A stretch of 58,582 nucleotides of DNA, the filler included, from Jimgerdemannia flammicorona (taxonomy: Eukaryota): NCBI GenBank assembly GCA_003990765.1. It is 3 parts of 3 records of this genome, joined end to end, with 100 filler letters (N's around TTAATTAATTAA, not from the genome) between each part and the next. Parts side by side here need not be neighbours in the genome. Positions count along the whole stretch, not along the records: positions 19,564 to 39,026 come from RBNJ01001934.1; positions 39,127 to 58,582 come from RBNJ01001935.1; 1 more part is not named here. One strand, given 5' to 3'. The notes under the pieces were generated by a model. That model had not been told where the DNA came from. It saw only the letters and a program-made list of their open reading frames with translations, and did not search any database. The position numbers were made by a program, and so were the translations under genes. How positions within the stretch are numbered: position 1 is the stretch's first letter; the number at the start of each line of letters is the position of its first letter. Shown here in pieces: positions 38,511 to 51,651 of this stretch.

Positions 38511-39026
38511 CCAAGAACAACACCTCCTTCCGATGGGTGAAAACGACACTGATTGGGAGGAGAATATAATCGACATGGATGAGATCGATGCCGATGATAA
38601 TGATGAGCATAAGCAAGATCATTCCAGGAAGAGCCGCAGGCGAGGCGGTCAGGAAGAGCATAAGCGAACTTGGTAATGATTGGGTAGCTTCCAACATCGT
38701 TCTGTGCTTAGCTGTCATTACCGCCATTCCGTCTACCATTCTGTATATGTTCGTCATCATTGTAACTCTGCGTTTAGCCGTCTAAGTTGTTTTTGCTGAG
38801 CTTTCGAACTGTCGTAAGAAGTAGGTCGAGGATCGGCAGTCACGTTCAACTCTGGGGGCAATTTTTAAAATAACGGAAGTCAGGAATATCAAGTTGTGGT
38901 GGCGATTGTGGCTTTCGCCACTATATACCAGTAACGGATCGCGCGCCCTGCAACAGGATGGGTAGTGGGAATCAATCAAACAACCCCCGCCCCCGCCCTT
39001 TTTTCCGGCGACGGTTCAACAACATC

Positions 39027-39126
39027 NNNNNNNNNNNNNNNNNNNNNNNNNNNNNNNNNNNNNNNNNNNNTTAATTAATTAANNNNNNNNNNNNNNNNNN
39101 NNNNNNNNNNNNNNNNNNNNNNNNNN
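39027..39126. other. Artificial contig spacer
   Basis: N44-TTAATTAATTAA-N44. Confidence 0.98.
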
Positions 39127-42100
39127 TTTTTTATAGTCACTTGTACTCCATCCTTTATTAATACACCCATCTATCCTCCATATAATACACAGTGACCCAC
39201 CCCTATCCAATCCCCCTAGGGGCCCCCCACCCCCTCTTAATAAAAGACCACTTTGTCAAACACAACTGCCATCTATCCACCACTCTGTCTACAGATCTCT
39301 TCTACCAGATTGTGATATCACCCATCCTGGAAACCCCAACCAATCCACCACCCAGTCAGTAGATCACCCACCAATGCCTCCAACCTCAACAACTTCTTCT
39401 GTATCCCTATTTGTTGCCCTTTCTCAAAAACAAAGAGCCAATGCCCAGCCAACCCTACTTACACCACTATAACCCACCCTACCATGAGTCACCCATTGCT
39501 GACACCTCCTACCAATCTAGATTTCAAATCCTCCCAGTGACCTCTCTCTCCATCTGGCCTCTTCCCTATACCCAGCCAGGCCCCTATAGCTATCCAAAAG
39601 TCCCCCAAAACCTCACACTCTCTCAGCCAATATTCTGGCATCTGCATAACTCCCCCAGCTTGTCCTACATTATAACACTCCTTGCAATCCAATTGGCCAC
39701 CATCCACCAGATGCTTAGCACAGAAATTCAACATAATATTCCTCTGCAATATTTGTCACCAAACTATCCAGAACTTGGGAGGAAGCCACCTCTGCACCTC
39801 AGCACTCCAGGACCAGATTCCTGCCCAGTCCCACTCCTCACCAATTCCCACTGCCTGCCAACTCCTTGGCCAAAGATCCTGCCCAAGTCTCTGCTAATAC
39901 TCCACTCCATTGCCAATGTCAAACTCAGCAATCAGAATCACCCCTAGAAGTAGTCAGTCCCATCGCCAAATAGCAGGGCTCCACTCTACCTCTCTCTCAT
40001 TGCTACACCAGTGCAGGCCTATCCAGTACACTCCATCCACCACTCTCCACCAGAAGTCCTTATACTACATCTGTTGGCTTTCATTCAGACCCACCAGAGA
40101 GAGCAAATCTTCTGAGGACCCTTGAGGGGAGAATCTCATCTTCCACACCTTCTGCATCAGTGATACCCAATCTCCTCCCAGTAGTTCCACTGTCCTTTTC
40201 AATCACCAAGCTCACAGACAGTATAGCTGCTTAGGGAAATCTACCAGTCCTAGGCCTCTCCTAATTCCCAGCTCTACATGGTTATCCCAACAGATCTGAG
40301 ACCTTCTTCCTGCCCAAATCTAATCCCTAGCCAGTTTCATCAGCCTCTTCACCAGTCAGACTGGAAAGTCCAAGTGATATGCCACATACCACAGCTTGGG
40401 GAACCAGTAAACATTCAAGATCAATACCTTCCCCACCAGGGAGCCCCCCAACCTCTAAGAGCCTCTCCCCAAACAGCCACTCTCCTCTTCCACCATACTC
40501 ATGGTGAAACTAACCCATATATAGAAAGGAAGATACCAAGATACTGCACTACTTCTCCTGTAGGTACAATTGTTCCAATGATGTCCTCTCTCACTAGCCC
40601 ATTCCCCAGCACTATTGTCTCACACTTATGCTGGTTGAGTTTCACCCCAGAGTGTACTTCATACCATTCCACCATTTCCTTAAGTATCTCTATATCTGCC
40701 ACTGATCCAAGTCCAACTACTATATCATCTGCAAAGACTCCCACCTTCCACACTACACCATACACCAAGAGCCCTGCTACCTTCCTATGGATCCTATCCA
40801 TCAAAGGTTCTAGTGAAGGGGCATAAAGGATAGGAGACAGCAGGTCTCCTTGAGGAACTCCTCTTCCCAAGGGAAATGCCAAACCCCTGTAACCATTACA
40901 CATTAGCACTGCCCTACTGCCCTTCAACAACTTTAACATAGAAGCCCTAAACTATAGTGGAACATCAATTCTATCCAGTACCATGTCCAGCCATACTCTC
41001 TGAACATGGTCATAGGCCTTCTCCTAGTCCAAAAAGACCAGTCTACCATCTAGTCTGCAAGCCCAGACCCCTTCTATGATACCATGCACCCAGGCAGTCT
41101 CATCTCTGATAAGTCTACCTCCTACAAAGCCCTGCTGCTCCTCACCCAACACCTGTTGAGCAACTTTCTGTAGCCTCAAAACAATCATCTTAGTCATCAA
41201 CTTCTGGTCCATATCCAGAAGCATGATTGGCCTCCAGTTCTTCTAGTCCTCCCACCTACCCTTGTCTTTATACAATAATGTCACCAGCCCCAAGTCCTGC
41301 TCCCCAACCCACTTGCCATTCAGAAGAACATGGTCACAGAGGGCAGCCATCTCTCTTAATACTTCAGGGACCTTTGCTATCTTATTCCAGAAGTTCTAAG
41401 GTAACCCATCCTCTCCAGGTGCAATCCCAAGCTTAGTTGCTGCAAGGACCCCCTGGATCTCCTCCTCTTGGACCAGCAAGATCAGGTCATGCAGTCCCTC
41501 CACCTGTGGTGGCTCCCACTCTTCCAGGGTGTCTCTAATCGCCTCTTCCTCCACACCCCCTTCTTCCTCACTCTACAGACCCCACCATCTCTCCTTCAAA
41601 ACCCCTTGGATCTGTTGTATGCTGTGTACCATATCCCCCTTGACATCTAAGACCCCATCCCACCAATGTCACACCCTCTTAGCTTTGAGGAGTCTAGACA
41701 AGTACCTACTAGGCCACTCCCCCTCCTTAATCTCCTACCACTATAACCTGGCAGTCATGCCTCATACATGAATCTCCTCCTCCTCTCTCAATATCTGTTG
41801 CAGTTCCACTATCTCCAATTTTCCCCACTCTAACCTCTAATCTTCCATCTCAACAGGAGAAAGTAAGTCCACCCATTCCATCTGCCATCTCATCAGTCTA
41901 TTTGAAGCACACCATATACAGTTCCTCCTCTATCTCCCAGCCTCTCTACCAGCTCCTCTCCAATAGACTCTCGCAGCCTTCTTTAACCCCATCCACTAGA
42001 TACCCACAGACAAACCCTCATGTCTCCAGATAGGAACCTTCACCTGTACATCCTCCATCCATGAGTTCCACAACCCCTTCACAGCCAGCAGGGAGGAGTT

Positions 42101-44987
42101 AAGGTGCCAATATCCAGGTCCATCTCCACTCCCCCCAAACTGCCCCTGCCCCAACAGTCTCTAGTGATCAGACTATGGGCACCACTCCACCTCCAATGAC
42201 TTCCAAACATCAGCACCCCAACATTCGGCTGTAAGTATCCCATCAATCCTTATACCTAAGCCATTCACCCAATGTGAATAGACCCTGGTATTACCCCACC
42301 ATGTTCTGCCCATATCCCCTAAGGAGCTAAGATTCTCCACCTCCTCCCATGTCTCCATACCACACTCCTCCCACCTGCATTTCTCTCTCCATCAGTTCTA
42401 TCCAGGTGCAGATCCTGAACCATATTAAAATTACCACCCAGAACATCAACTCCTTTCTCCAAGAGAATACCCTCCTCCAACAGCTCCTTGATCCATATAA
42501 TCCTCTCGCCCCTAACTGCAGGGCAGTAACAGGAGCCAATCCTCACCAATTCCCACCCTGGCTGATTCCAATCTCCCCACACCAAGAAATCACCCCAGCT
42601 CCTGATTCCCCCCAGTTCTCCTCTACCCTTCTTTATCAGAATTGCCACTTTGCCAAACCAAGTAGTAGCCCCACCCCATTCTCTAGTCCACTCCACCCAA
42701 TCATCCTCATCCTCACACCATATATCCAGCAGTAAAAAGAAATCAGCCTCCAATCTCTTGAGCCAAGTAAAAATGTTCTTATGCTACCCAGATCCCCTCA
42801 CCCCATTTACATTCAAAGAGAAAATGTTGGTTGTACTGTTCATAAGAAATAATGTTATATATTGCTTACATCCTCTACAAATCCACCTTCAACTCCTTCT
42901 ATACCAAGTCCAAGTCAGATTCTGCAGCTAGTTCTTTCTCCTTAGCTTCCTGTGCCTCCAGTCCTCCCAGTAGTTCAGCCATCGCCCCATCCTCTCTCTC
43001 CTCAAAATCCTCACAATACTCCAGACAGGTCTCCTGCCAGAGCTGCAAACCATGATGCTCAGCCCAACAGTAGGCAGCCCACTCACTAGTAATAACTACC
43101 AGCTCCTCCTCTCTCACCTTATCAATCTCATATCTCTCCTCCTCTATGAAAACTGCAAGAATCTCCACCTTCAGTGCCTCCATCACCCCATCACTATACA
43201 GAATCCACACCCAATGCTCCTCAGGCATCACATGCAGGTCCACTTCTCCCAACTCCTCAGCTGTGAGGTTATCCATCACCTTACTCATCCATAGCAGGTT
43301 TCTCACCTCCTTCCCTCCCAGAGTCCCTGGCTGCCCTGCATCCAACATTGTGGTATCAGCTCCTACACTGGCAGCCTCATCCCACTCCTCCTCTGGGATA
43401 TCCACCAGCTTGTACTTGCCAACTGCCACCACCTAACCCCCTTTCACGACATTGGGGACCCCAAAGTGTACTTGATGGACCCCCTTCATCAGTACATCCA
43501 CTGTTGTCCCTCTCTTCACAACTGGGCCCCTTCTGATAAGTAGGGGGGGGGGGGGTGGCATCCAAATCCTGCTCCCAGACTTCAAATGTACCATCTATAT
43601 AGGGGTCCTTGCTTGGTACCTTCCCAGCTCCTACCTTGTCTGCCTCCACCTCTCCTTCTTCTTTACTAGTCCAGACACTGGCTTCGACACCCCCAGACTC
43701 CTCAGCCCCATCCACCTTCTTATTTACCCCTCCATTTATACTCGCCAACAGCTCCCTCTGCCTCCTATGCCCCTGGGCCCACTCCCACTGCCCCTTGTCA
43801 GTATGAATATGCTTCCCATCAACAATCCAGATGCATCGACTCCTCAAACACTCTCCAGGCCTTTGCCCTCCTCTCAACTATACCACTCAACTCCTCCAGA
43901 GCCTCCAACAAGTCCTCTTCCTCCTCTTCACTCCCTCTCATCCTTGACACCCTACAGACAAAAGCCCCCCACATCAGCACCAAGGGCCAGTCGCTTGTCT
44001 TCCCTGTGGCCTCTCTTTCTGCCAGTCCAATCCTCATATCCATGTCTCCCATCCTAATGGAGGTTCCCTCCCACACCTGGAAACTAATATCCACCACATC
44101 ACCATACTCTGCCATCACCTCCTCCACCATCCTTCTAGTCTCCTCCTTCATCACTGTAGGCACCCCCTTCACCAGCAGCTGCACTATCCTGGGGTGCCAC
44201 CTCAGGCAGCACATCATGGAGACCACAACCTTCCCAACTACCACTCCAGTCTTCAGAGCCTCTTCCAGCAGGCCTGCCTCCTCAAAGCCCACCTCAACCC
44301 ACTCTAGACCCTTCAGGAACTTCACTGATACAGCCCCAGCCACCTGCTTCAAGATAAGCCCCAAGACCATCCTTGTCATCACTGCTAAGTCTTAGAAGCA
44401 CAGTGTCACTGCAAACTCCAAGATCGATTTCCTGAGTAATGGTGCAACCACTAGCCCCATTACACCATTGGTCAGATCCCCCTTCTGCATCAGGAACCCC
44501 TGCCCCACTCTGCCATCAGCCATTACATCTCTTTTTTTTTCCTGATTCCCTATTACACTTCTATTAGTAGTCCTATCCCCAGCCATAGCACCTCCAGCAC
44601 CTATGCTTGTACCCCCCACCTGAGTACCTCCCCCACTCCCTAGGCTTACCTTGCCCTTCTCTACAGCAGCACCAGCCCAAGATCCAGCTGGCCATCCACT
44701 CTCCTTCACCTTATCCATGAAGCTTGGGGGGCCAGTTCTTCTCCCATGGCTACCAGATACTGATCCACCTTCAGAGCCCTCACTACCTTTCAACCCTCCA
44801 AAGGCCCCCATCCCCAGGCCATAACCCCTCAACACATTCTGCCAGCCAAAAGCCCCAGGTCCACCTGACCCAGCATGCCCATCAGAACTCTTGCTCAATA
44901 ATATGTTTATAATATCTTTCCTTCAAGTTGTGTTGAAAAACTATTGTCTGAAGTTGGTGTAATGTGAATTATACTGAAGAAAGGTGC
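39127..44987 (-). mobile_element. Near full-length (~5.9 kb) degenerate L1/Tx1-like LINE; ORF1 ~44898-42860, ORF2 ~42843-39190
   Basis: MNSTTNIFSLNVNG endonuclease start, LGGNFN, RT motifs LDMDQK, QQGFVGGRLI, RGVPQGDLLSP and FADD; poly(A) at the contig start. Confidence 0.94.
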
Positions 44988-45171
44988 CTCAAAACCTACA
45001 GTTTAGCTATCTCAGCTATATAAGAATAGTATTATATATCTCTATCTCAATAATTGGTAGATCACACTTATCTATTTATCAGAGCTAGATCATTAGGACT
45101 AATATCTATAAGAGTGTACTTATATATCAGATTTGGTAATATCAGAACTAAACAATATAACTTCTCTGATC

Positions 45172-45400
45172 TAGTGCTCTCAACAAATTGAAGTGAGGCC
45201 TAATTTGATTTATATTTCAATTCAAATCTTAATTTTTAAAATTCAATAACTTGACAAAAATGTCTAAATTTAGTGATCTTTATTGTACTGGATTTGTCTT
45301 ATCAAGATTCTTAACTATGAATTGAATCAAGTCATAATTCAAATTAAATTTGAAATTTAATTTAAAGTTTCAATTTTTCAAAATTCCAAACAAATATGAT
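45172..45400. mobile_element. Partial decayed hAT-type MITE
   Basis: Starts tagtgctctcaacaaattgaa and contains part of the internal palindrome arm. Confidence 0.6.
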
Positions 45401-45556
45401 AATTCAAAACTTATATGCAATACAGCTTACAATAATACATATATACACAATCAAGTATATCACAGTCAAATATATCTGATATGTCTTCTATAATACTACT
45501 TATAGTAAATACTATGACAATAGCTTCAGGGTTAGATAAAGCTTCAATAAGTATAG

Positions 45557-46608
45557 TGTAATATGCCCAGCCCAATAGAGGCAAATTACAAGGTTGGGGG
45601 TTGATGTAGTTTGGCTTGAGCCCCCAGTTACTTTGTTAAAAGTAATAAAATATTCTTGGTATTTAGTGGTATAATAGTCAAAGCTAGATATCTGTGAGCA
45701 TTTCCTTATTGAGATGAGTTCTCTGGGTATAGTGACAATTTATATATATGTAGTGGACTGATAATTTAGCAGTTTTTCTTCTTGAGTGATAAATGATCTC
45801 TGTGTAGTGTGATAATCTCCAATGCAATTTCTGACTGATGGTCTTGTTTCCAAAAGTAGGCAATTTCTGGTGTAATCTTTGTATAGTGTGATGATCTTAG
45901 CAGTATTCTGTATTTGGCAGGGAACTTGATTTGATATAGATTCTCCTGAAGTGGACTTACTGGAAATAGAGAATAGCATGGATTCTTCCTAAATTGGCTC
46001 ACTGAGAATTGTACTGGTAACAGATTCTTCTTACTAGAAATGGGTGAATAACTTAGATAATTTGGATAACTCAGCTGTCATGAATTCTTCCTGAATCAGC
46101 AGGCTCTTTGGGAATAATATTTAGGTGGTGTGGATAACTCAATAACTTGGGTTCTTGGCAAGTTATATCAAAGACTAGCTTGTGGCAAGGTTTCTTAAGA
46201 GCTCTTTGAGAATGCAGATAACTTGGAAATGGTAGCTTATTTCTTAAGTAGTGGATTACTTAAATAGCAGTGAACCAAAAATATAACAGACTCTTCTTTA
46301 TATCAGAAAGTGGACCAGATTGGAAAGTAAGCTCACAATCTCCTAGCAGTAACTGTAGAGTTCCTCTTGAAGTATAGTAGACAGACTTGTCTTTTGCTTT
46401 GAATTTCAGACTAAGGATTATTCATTCTTATCTCTAGGGTATTTTATATATTGTGGTTGCTATCTGGTTACTATGTTGCTAATTATAGATTACCATCTAT
46501 GGTAGATGTGCTGGTTTAGCACAGGTGTGCTGGTTCAGCACAGGTGTGCTAGTTCAGCACAAATGTATAGATTCAGTACAGATATATCTTATCTGATAGT
46601 CTGGCTAT
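45557..46608 (-). repeat. Part of the 3' LTR of the older Gypsy copy (remainder at 56555-56667)
   Basis: Starts tgtaatatgcc; similar to the LTRs at 46609 and 55334; interrupted at ggctat. Confidence 0.85.
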
Positions 46609-47799
46609 TGTAACATGTCTGACTCAATAGAGGCATTACAAGATTGGGGGTTGAGGTAGTTTGGCTTGAGCCCCCAGTTACTTTGTCAAAAAGTAACAAA
46701 ATGTTTGAAGATTTCTGAGATCCTTAGTGTTTAGTGGTATAATAATCAAAGCTAGATATCTGTGAGTGAGTTGTATGATTGGGATGGTTCTCTGGGTGTA
46801 GTGGCAATTTGGGTGTAAATGGATTTCCTTCTTAGGTCAATTGAGAATTGGTAGAATTTATATGTAGTGTGATGGGTTCCTTATTCAGGTCAACTGGGAA
46901 TGCCATGATTTATGTAGTATGACGATCTCTGTATAGCACAACGATCTCCAAAAGTATGCAATTTCTGGTGAATGCCTTGATTTGGCTTACTGGGAATAAT
47001 GAATAACTTGGCAGCAGATAATTTGGATAACTTGGATGTCACAGGTTTGGTTTCAACTGGGAATACTACTTGGATGGCATGGGTTCTCTGGAAATGTGGA
47101 TAACTTGAAAATAGCAGATAATGCAGATTTTCTAGAATCAGTGGGATTCTGGAAAATAACTCAGATAGTGTGGATTTATCTGAATCAGCAGCTTCTACTG
47201 GGAATACAACTGGCATGGATCCTTCCTGAATCAGTGGCTTTAACTGAGAGATGGCAGTGAAGTTCTTCCTTGAACTTGGGCAGCAAATCTTCAGGCTTAT
47301 CTGGTAAGTAAACCAAAAACAGACTCATTCTTTGTATTGGAAAGTGGACCAGAGTGGAAAAGTAGAGAACAAAGCTCACAACTTCTTGGCAGTGGCTCAT
47401 TGGCAGGCATATCTCCTAAGTATTGCAATTCTTTCTGGATTAAGTGGCTTTTGGCATGTGTTTCTCCTAAGTATACCAGACAATTGACTTTCCTTTGGTT
47501 TGTGTTCAACTTTTGGACTGAGGTTTATTCACTCTTGTCTCTGGGATAATTTATATATTATGGTTACTATGTGGTTACTATATGGCTAATTATAGGTTTG
47601 CTATTTGTGGCAGGTATACAGAGTCTGTATGGTGTATAGGACCTGTATAGTATACAGAGTCTGTACAGGTAAACAGACCCTTTATGGTATGTCTGGCTAA
47701 TTATACAGTTTCCACAGCAATGATTACTGGTTACTATGCTGTGTGTTCACATTATCTTGGCTAAGGTATAATTCAGGTAGTACATCTTGGTTTGTTATA
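46609..47799 (-). repeat. 3' LTR (~1.19 kb)
   Basis: Direct repeat of 55334-56554; preceded on the minus strand by a PPT-like gtgggggctga. Confidence 0.92.
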
Positions 47800-47849
47800 T
47801 CAGCCCCCACTGAAGGATAGCCTGTCTCAGACTGTTTTTTAGTCATCAT

Positions 47850-48300
47850 TTCAATAAGCATAGGCTGCTTCTTCATTTATACCTATTCCATCATCTTCAT
47901 CATCTGTACTAGGGTCACTCCATTCTATGGGCTCTTCTTCTTCTTCAGGGAATAGGATTTTGACAGCATTGATGAGACTCAAATAGGTAGTAGAGTTCAT
48001 TCCTTAAATGTTATTCAGAGAAAACTATACCTGTTTCAGAGCTGTGACATTTTGTTTGTAAATGGTGTATAGTCTGTCTGCAGCAGTAGTGTCTCTTCTG
48101 GTCAGACCAGTGGTGTTTCTGATATAGGTCTGCTCTGGGGCTAGAAGGTTCTGCAATTGTTTACCAATTGCATAATAGGCCTGCAGTTGGTAGATTTGTA
48201 GTAGGCACCTGGCTAGGGTAAGATTTTTTTTGGTGAACTTGGACCCTCTGAAGGGGGCTTCCATTAGCTTGGCTGATTTGGGTTAGAGGGACTGGTAGGA
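47850..48300 (-). pseudogene. Accessory ORF between integrase and 3' LTR, unknown function, acidic tail
   Basis: NLTLARCLLQIYQLQAYYAIGKQL..TTGLTRRDTTAADRLYTIY..MNSTTYLSLINAVKILFPEEEEEPIEW..DDEDD; conserved at 56740-57130. Confidence 0.75.
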
Positions 48301-48351
48301 CTTGGAAGGAGCTGAGGACCAATATCTGGTGGTGCTGATCAATCCTTTGGC

Positions 48352-49400
48352 TTATGGTGTGGAGGAAAGATATAGTTTGAGATAATTAATATATACTGGT
48401 GTTCTCAGAGTTTGTCTGTCCATGCTTCTTAAATAGATGCTAGTTCCTCTAATGTTGTGTACAAAATAGGGTCCTTCTCATTTGGGTTCCAATTTGGCAG
48501 CAAAATTTATTTCAATCATACTTCTCTAAACTAATACTTGATCTCCAATCTTGATCTCCTGATCCTTCTGTTTCTGGTCATAATACCTCTTTTGTCTTTC
48601 CTGGGCTTTGAAAATCTGATCTTGGGCTTGATTACATAACTGTTCTGTCTTCTTGAGGAGATCTCCAAGATTCTCATGGTCAGGAGTTCTGGTTTTCTTG
48701 ACAAACATCATTTCAAATGACTTTTATTTGGTGGAGGCAACAGGGGTATTCCAAATTTCCCATAGGATCTCAGGTATACAGAGGTCCCAATTGGTAGGAT
48801 TGACTTGGACAAGTTCTTTTTTGATAGTCTGGTTCATTCTTTCTGTCATGCCATTAGTCTGAGGATAATATGATGTAGTCTATTTGAGATGGATCTTGTG
48901 AATTCAGGCATAACTTATAATTATATTGTTGATGAATTCTGTGCCTCAGTCAGAGATAAGTTCTTCTGGGGATCTATATCTGAGTATAAGTTCATGAAGA
49001 AGGCCTACAATGATTAGGGTATCTGCAATTTCCATTGGGAAGGCCTTGGGCCACTTTGTCAGATGTTTCACAATAATAAGGATGTATTTGTTTCTTCTTG
49101 GTATAACTGATAGAGGCCCAATTACATCTATTCCCCATCTCTTAAAGATGTTGTCTGGTGGTACAATTGGTTGCAGTGGTGCTTGATAGTTCTTCCTTCC
49201 TTAGTACTTCTGGTTGGTGTCATATTTCTTAACTATATCCCAGACTTTTGTTCTAAGGTTGGGCCAATGTTAGTATATTGTTCACAGCTTTTCTTCTACA
49301 TTTGCCTATCCTTGGTGGGCTTTCTGATATTCTTTTCAGATGAGATCTTCTTGTGCATTGATGGTCTGTGGAGTCTCTTTTTGGGTGTAGTTCCTCAGGA
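48352..49400 (-). pseudogene. Gypsy integrase
   Basis: WGIDVIGPL, KYILIIVKHLTKWPKAFP, QKRYYD, IGDQVLV, KLEPK*EGPY. Confidence 0.9.
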
Positions 49401-49415
49401 CACCCTTTTTCTAGT

Positions 49416-50700
49416 TTATTGGGTTTGGTGGGAAAGTACATCAACATTGTTGTGGACTTTTTCAGCTTTGTGGATGATGGTGATTTTGTAATCCTGAAGG
49501 ATAAGGATCCAGCAGGCTAGGATTCCAGTGGGTTCCTTGCAGTTGAATAGCCATTTGAGAGCTGCATGGTCTGTGATCAGGGTGAACCTTTTTCCAATGA
49601 GATAATGTTTGAACAGAGTGACTGTCCATATGACTGTAAGGTATTCCAGTTTGGTTCTACCATAGTTCATCTGCTGCTGATTGGTAGCTCTGCTTGCATA
49701 AGCTATCACATAGTATTGTTGATCAGGTCCTTCTTGGGCTAGAACTGCTCCAAGGCCATCTTTAGAAGCATCTGTATACAAGATGAATGGCTTCTATAGA
49801 TTTGGGTGCATAAGGATTGGTGCTGTAGTCATACAGTTCTTGAGTTCTTTGAAGGCTTTTTCTTGTGATTCTGTCCATTTGAATGGCACTTCTTTCTTGA
49901 GAAGGATCTAGATTGGGACAGAAATTTGAGCAAATTCCTAATAAACCTTCTGTAGTAGGACACTAATATCTGAAATGATAGTGTTTCCTATGGAGTCTTG
50001 GGTATTGGCCAGTTGCTGATCTTCTTGATTTTCTTTGAGTCTATATGGGTTCCTTTTTTCGAAACTATGAATTCAAGGAATTCAAGTTTCAGTTTCCCAA
50101 AGTAGCATTTCTTTGCATTCAATCTTAAGTAGTTCTTGTGGGTGAGCTTGAAGAATTTCTCTAGGTAGTACAGGTGTTCTTCAAAATTTACTAAATAGAT
50201 GTTAGAATTGTCCATGTATACAATCAGATAGTGGTGGATTAAGAGAGTATAGACTGAATTCATCATCCTCTGAAAGGTGGGAGGTATATTGCAAAGTTCA
50301 AAGGGCATTCAGAGGTACTTGAACAGTTTCCCTAGAGCAAGAAAGGCTGTCTTCTGAATGTCCTTGAGGTCCATGGGGATCTCATGAAATCCTGTGAAGA
50401 GGTCTATACTGCTGAAGTATCTGGCATCTTGTAACTGATCCAAAAGGTCATTGATTCTGGGCAAAGGATAGGCATCCTTTTCAGTGACTGAATTGAGTTT
50501 TCTGTAATCTACACAGAGTCTCCATCCTCTCTTCTTTGGTACAATAAGTATAGGGCTGGCCCAGGGGCTAGTAGAGTGTCAGATGACTTCATTGTCGAAG
50601 AGTTCTTGAATGTGCTCCTTTTTGAATGTTTTTAAGTGATGGGGTTTTCTATAGGATTTCTGTCAGATGGGTGTTGCATTCCCTATATTTTAGCTGTGGT
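49416..50700 (-). pseudogene. Gypsy reverse transcriptase and RNase H
   Basis: SPWASP, RLCVDYRKLN, YPLPRI, MPFEL, YMDN (decayed YMDD), YTDAS, VIAYASR, TDHAALKWL. Confidence 0.95.
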
Positions 50701-51231
50701 GGTATGATGAATTGTATGGTAGGTTGCCATAATCAGTGGTGAAGATATCTTGATATTTGTTTAGAAGTTCTACTAGTTGTTGCTGTTGTTGAGATGTCAA
50801 TTCTTCTCCAATATTGGTGGAAGGCTTCACTGTTTCCTGGTCGCAGAGGGGCCTTTCCTTTCTTCTGGGACCTTTTGCCATTTCCTGATAGGTTTAGTTC
50901 ATAAACTTCCCTATGAGTTTAGTTAAGGAAAGGTACCAGGTGTTCTATGATGGTTCCTTTTGGAAAAATGATGGTTTCCCAGTTTTGGTTGGTTGCTTGG
51001 GAGTGTACTGGATTCATCTTGTCAGGGAATGTGTGTCCCTCTATGTCCAGGTGGGAGTTGTCTTCTTTGGGTTCAAAGAAAAGATTTCTGGGGTCAGGTT
51101 GTGCAAAGATTTCGAAGGTTGCTTGTTCTCCAGACTCCAGGATAAGATTCTTATACAGTCTGACTGATTGCCAGTATACTTGCTGGGGAATGTTCTTTTT
51201 GAGGTAGTTGACTTAAAGGAGATGTACTTTC

Positions 51232-51651
51232 TTTCTGTCTGAACTTCGAAATCCTTTGGCTTGTCTTGTTCCTTCAATTAGTTCAGAGACTTCTTCCAAT
51301 TGTAGAGTTTTGATCTTTATGAAGACTGCTTGGGCAATCTTCTGTCTTTTAATGATTCAGTGCCATTCTGTACTGCTATTGTGTAGAATAATCTTGATCT
51401 TGCCTATATATCCTGGGTCAATGGTTCCTCCTTCTACAGTTATCTCTTGTCTGGCAAGTCTGGACCTTAAGATCAGTTGGATGTAAGATCCTTGGTGTGG
51501 CTGTATGGCTAATCTGGTTCTGATTATGAAGGTTTTTCCAGGCTTGATAGATTCATCCTCCAGGCTGTGAATTTTATATCCTATATCCTCTGGGTGGGCT
51601 TTGGTTGGGGGTTTGGCCTTAGGGTGCAGCAGGGCATACTGGGCAATATCC
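51232..51651 (-). pseudogene. dUTPase domain in the Gypsy polyprotein
   Basis: Hand translation shows all five trimeric dUTPase motifs in order: AHPEDIGYKI, RSRLA, GGTIDPGYIGKIKIILHN, KIAQAVF, RQAKGFRSSD; one internal TGA. Confidence 0.92.

Noticed and set aside
38491..38785. Acidic and hydrophobic short ORFs near the contig end
   Set aside because: Too short and overlapping in several frames; no supportable assignment.
46890..47549. ORFs inside the contig-3 Gypsy LTRs (also 55774-56258)
   Set aside because: Short, on both strands, frames not consistently kept among the three LTRs, and no motif; unlike the contig-1 LTR ORF.
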